Origin: Moraxella nasicaprae | Lineage (GTDB): Bacteria > Pseudomonadota > Gammaproteobacteria > Pseudomonadales > Moraxellaceae | Reading direction: 5' to 3' | Assembly (NCBI RefSeq): GCF_025643275.1 | Contig: NZ_CP089977.1 | Span: 930,001 to 962,000 of the forward strand | Length of the DNA stretch: 32,000 nucleotides | Part shown: in pieces, positions 27,198 to 32,000 of the stretch | How positions within the stretch are numbered: the first letter of the stretch is position 1 | Layout: the number at the start of each line of letters is the position of its first letter | Program-made: the position numbers and the translations under genes | The notes under the pieces: generated by a model | What the model was told of the DNA's origin: nothing | Seen by the model: only the letters and a program-made list of their open reading frames with translations | The model's database searches: none

Positions 27198-27846
27198 GCT
27201 CGTTATACACCTCGATTGCTTGTTTTATGTCATTAAATACATGGGCGGTTTGATTCATCAACACCACGCCAATATCGCAATTTCGCTCAATATCACCCAA
27301 ATTGTGCGACACCACCAAAAATCCCGCTTGCTCTCGTCTAGCTTGCAACACCTGTTCACTGCGTTTACGAAATGCTGCATCGCCCACCGCACTGACCTCG
27401 TCTAGCATATAATAGTCAAAATCAAACGCCAAAGACAAGCCAAAAGTCAAGCGTGCCTTCATGCCTGATGAATAGCTTTTCACGGGCATGTCAAAATATT
27501 TGCCAATATCAGCAAATTCTTCAACAAAACGAATCTTTTCATCAATATAATCAGAACTAGAATATAAACGACACACAAAACGAACATTCTGCCTGCCTGT
27601 CAAACTACCCTGAAAGCCGCCAGCCACACCCACAGGCCAAGAGATTGTGCTATTCGTCAGCACTTCTCCGCTGTCAGGCTCATCAAGTCCGCAAATAATC
27701 CTTAGTAGCGTTGATTTACCTGCACCATTTCGCCCAAGTAGACCAACGCTTTGCTTATCTTCGATGGTAAAATTCAAATCTTTAAACAAATAATGTCGAC
27801 CTTGTGGGGTCATAAAAGATTTGGTAATGTTTTTAATCTGTATCAT
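27175..27846 (-). CDS. kpsT: Capsule export ABC transporter ATP-binding protein KpsT
   Basis: It is near-collinear with E. coli KpsT as recalled: TP.GRHY.FK.LN, G.NGAGKSTLLRII.G.D.PDSG, ISWPVG.AGGFQGSLTGR.NV.FV.RLY, FVEEF...GKYFDMP.K.YSSGM, FD.YY..DE..AVGDA. Confidence 0.95.
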   Translation of the reverse strand: MIQIKNITKSFMTPQGRHYLFKDLNFTIEDKQSVGLLGRNGAGKSTLLRIICGLDEPDSGEVLTNSTISWPVGVAGGFQGSLTGRQNVRFVCRLYSSSDYIDEKIRFVEEFADIGKYFDMPVKSYSSGMKARLTFGLSLAFDFDYYMLDEVSAVGDAAFRKRSEQVLQARREQAGFLVVSHNLGDIERNCDIGVVLMNQTAHVFNDIKQAIEVYNEHVHQAKK

Positions 27847-27851
27847 ATCAA

Positions 27852-28664
27852 TTATTTACTACGAATCAAATCCCTCTCTGTTGCTTTATACAACAACAGT
27901 CCCAAAAGCATCACAAAAGTCGTCCAACCCCAAAAATACAACATGCTGACATGATGAATCGGATAGGCTGGTGATAAAGCATGTCGCATCAATTCAAGGT
28001 TATGAATGAATGGATTATACATCAAATAGCTCAAATAAGGTTCTGGTATAATATGCACCGAATAAATCACGCCCGATGAAAAATACAACATCGTAAACAA
28101 AATATTGATGATTTTACCAATTTCTCCACCATAATGTCCAACAATCATCAAAATCAATGCTAAGCCCAAACTAAACAAAAACATACCAAGCCAACCTACT
28201 AGCACGATATGCAGATTTTCAAGGCTAAATTCGATGCCAAAAAACCACAATCCAGCCATCAATAATAAGAAAGTAAAAAAATAAATTGCCAGCTCTAAAA
28301 ATGAGCGTGCAAAAACCACATCAATGTGTCGCACCGCCCGATACATCAACAACCCTTTGTTTGCATCTACCGCCCCCAAAGCTCTCAAAGCGATTCTCTG
28401 CATCATATAAAAAGGAATAATACCTGCCAATAAAAATAGCATATAGGATATGCCAGGCGTTACCTTATTCATAATCGTCCCAAAAATCACCATCAATAGT
28501 GCTACCTGTGCCAGCACTTCAAGCGGTGCCCACAGATAACCCAAACGATAGCTACCAAAACGAGTCTGTAACTCTCTCATCAATAATGCATGAAAAGCGG
28601 CAAGCATCACAGCCAGACCACTGCGTTGCTTAACAGGTCGATAGGGAGGCAATTTGATAGACAT
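27852..28664 (-). CDS. kpsM: Capsule export ABC transporter permease KpsM (ABC-2 type)
   Basis: 270 aa and multi-TM. The N-terminal motif is LMRELQTRFGSYRLGYLWAPLE. It lies 5 nt upstream of kpsT. Confidence 0.9.
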   Translation of the reverse strand: MSIKLPPYRPVKQRSGLAVMLAAFHALLMRELQTRFGSYRLGYLWAPLEVLAQVALLMVIFGTIMNKVTPGISYMLFLLAGIIPFYMMQRIALRALGAVDANKGLLMYRAVRHIDVVFARSFLELAIYFFTFLLLMAGLWFFGIEFSLENLHIVLVGWLGMFLFSLGLALILMIVGHYGGEIGKIINILFTMLYFSSGVIYSVHIIPEPYLSYLMYNPFIHNLELMRHALSPAYPIHHVSMLYFWGWTTFVMLLGLLLYKATERDLIRSK

Positions 28665-28746
28665 AATAAAAATATATTTTCTAGAAGCAATAATCTACTA
28701 TTATATAATAATTTCCCTGTCTTATACTTATTATATTTGTAACCCC

Positions 28747-28778
28747 AAAAAACCCCCTCCATCATCCGACAGAGGGGG
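28747..28778 (-). terminator. Intrinsic terminator at the end of the rrn operon
   Basis: The minus strand reads CCCCCTC-12 nt loop-GAGGGGG followed by TTTTTT. It starts about 14 nt past the 5S 3' end. Confidence 0.7.
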
Positions 28779-28791
28779 TTTTATTAATAAG

Positions 28792-28907
28792 GTGCTGACG
28801 ATGACCTACTCTCACATGGGCGAACCACACTACCATCGGCGCTAAGACGTTTCACTTCTGAGTTCGGGAAGGGATCAGGTGGTTCCATCTTGCTATTGTC
28901 GTCAGCG
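28792..28907 (-). rRNA. rrf: 5S ribosomal RNA
   Basis: The reverse complement reads ...GCTGACGACAATAGCAAGATGGAACCACCTGATCCCTTCCCGAACTCAGAAGTGAAACGTCTTAGCGCCGATGGTAGTGTGG...GAGAGTAGGTCATCGTCAGC. The conserved CCGAACTCAGAAGTGAAAC and GCGCCGATGGTAGTGTGG blocks are present, and helix I closes from the two ends. The ends are good to about 3 nt. Confidence 0.9.
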
Positions 28908-29042
28908 TAAAAGGATTAACAACGCTGCTTATGAGTCTGTTATTTTATTTTTCAATTTAAAGCATTGACTAAATCAAGATTAAGGTAATCATTACACTTT
29001 ATCATACAACACTGTCAGTGATTTAAACCACTTGGGTGTTGT

Positions 29043-31901
<2,859 letters not shown>

Positions 31902-32000
31902 ATACAACCCCAAGTAGTCTTGGTGTTATAAGGGTAATGTGTAACGATTTACCTATGTTTACGCTTGATTCAGTTCTCTTTACTTTAAGTAAGTACATTT
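31902..32000 (-). other. Partial 16S-23S internal transcribed spacer (the rrn operon continues beyond the right edge)
   Basis: This sequence lies immediately 5' of 23S on the minus strand. It includes the outer part of the 23S processing stem. No tRNA is visible in the 99 nt available. Confidence 0.6.

Noticed and set aside
28367-28374. A GGCGGTAG (ops / JUMPStart core, RfaH recruitment) match on the minus strand.
   Set aside because: It lies about 290 nt inside the kpsM coding sequence rather than in the leader. An 8-mer is expected about once by chance in 64 kb of two-strand sequence. There is no accompanying JUMPStart context.
27183-28664. KpsM and KpsE both begin with the identical pentapeptide MSIKL.
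   Set aside because: The codons differ (atgtctatcaaattg versus atgtccatcaagcta) and similarity stops after residue 5. This is most likely coincidence rather than a duplicated translation-initiation module.

Overview
This window looks like core chromosomal DNA from a Moraxella-type gammaproteobacterium (Moraxellaceae). That assignment rests on a close OMP CD (OmpA-family) homologue and is made from memory, not from a search. Almost all genes are on the minus strand.

Gene order, left to right:
- A 5'-partial-in-window FAD-linked oxidase (-), then rlmD (+).
- A DEAD-box RNA helicase with a long basic tail (-), followed by a 560-bp non-coding gap.
- relA-mutM (+, 2-nt junction).
- Two tandem Bor/Iss-family lipoprotein genes (-), then mscL, typA/bipA and ompCD (all -).
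- The conserved lepA-lepB-rnc-era-recO-pdxJ block (-), interrupted between era and recO by an AT-rich Uma2-family (PD-(D/E)xK) nuclease gene.
- A compact group-2-type capsule export and Kdo-linker cluster, kpsM-T-E-D-C then kpsS (-).
- The 5S and 23S end of an rRNA operon (-) directly upstream of kpsM and running in the same direction.

I saw no CRISPR array, IS element, integrase, tRNA or prophage module.

The items most worth follow-up are:
- The capsule export locus has no serotype-specific biosynthesis (region 2) genes. It is wedged between an rrn operon and lepA.
- The Uma2 nuclease is translationally coupled into the rnc-era-recO operon.
- The Bor/Iss lipoprotein genes are duplicated in tandem outside any phage context.

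All homology calls come from motif recognition by eye. All GC figures are hand counts of a few 60-nt lines. Nothing was computed or searched.
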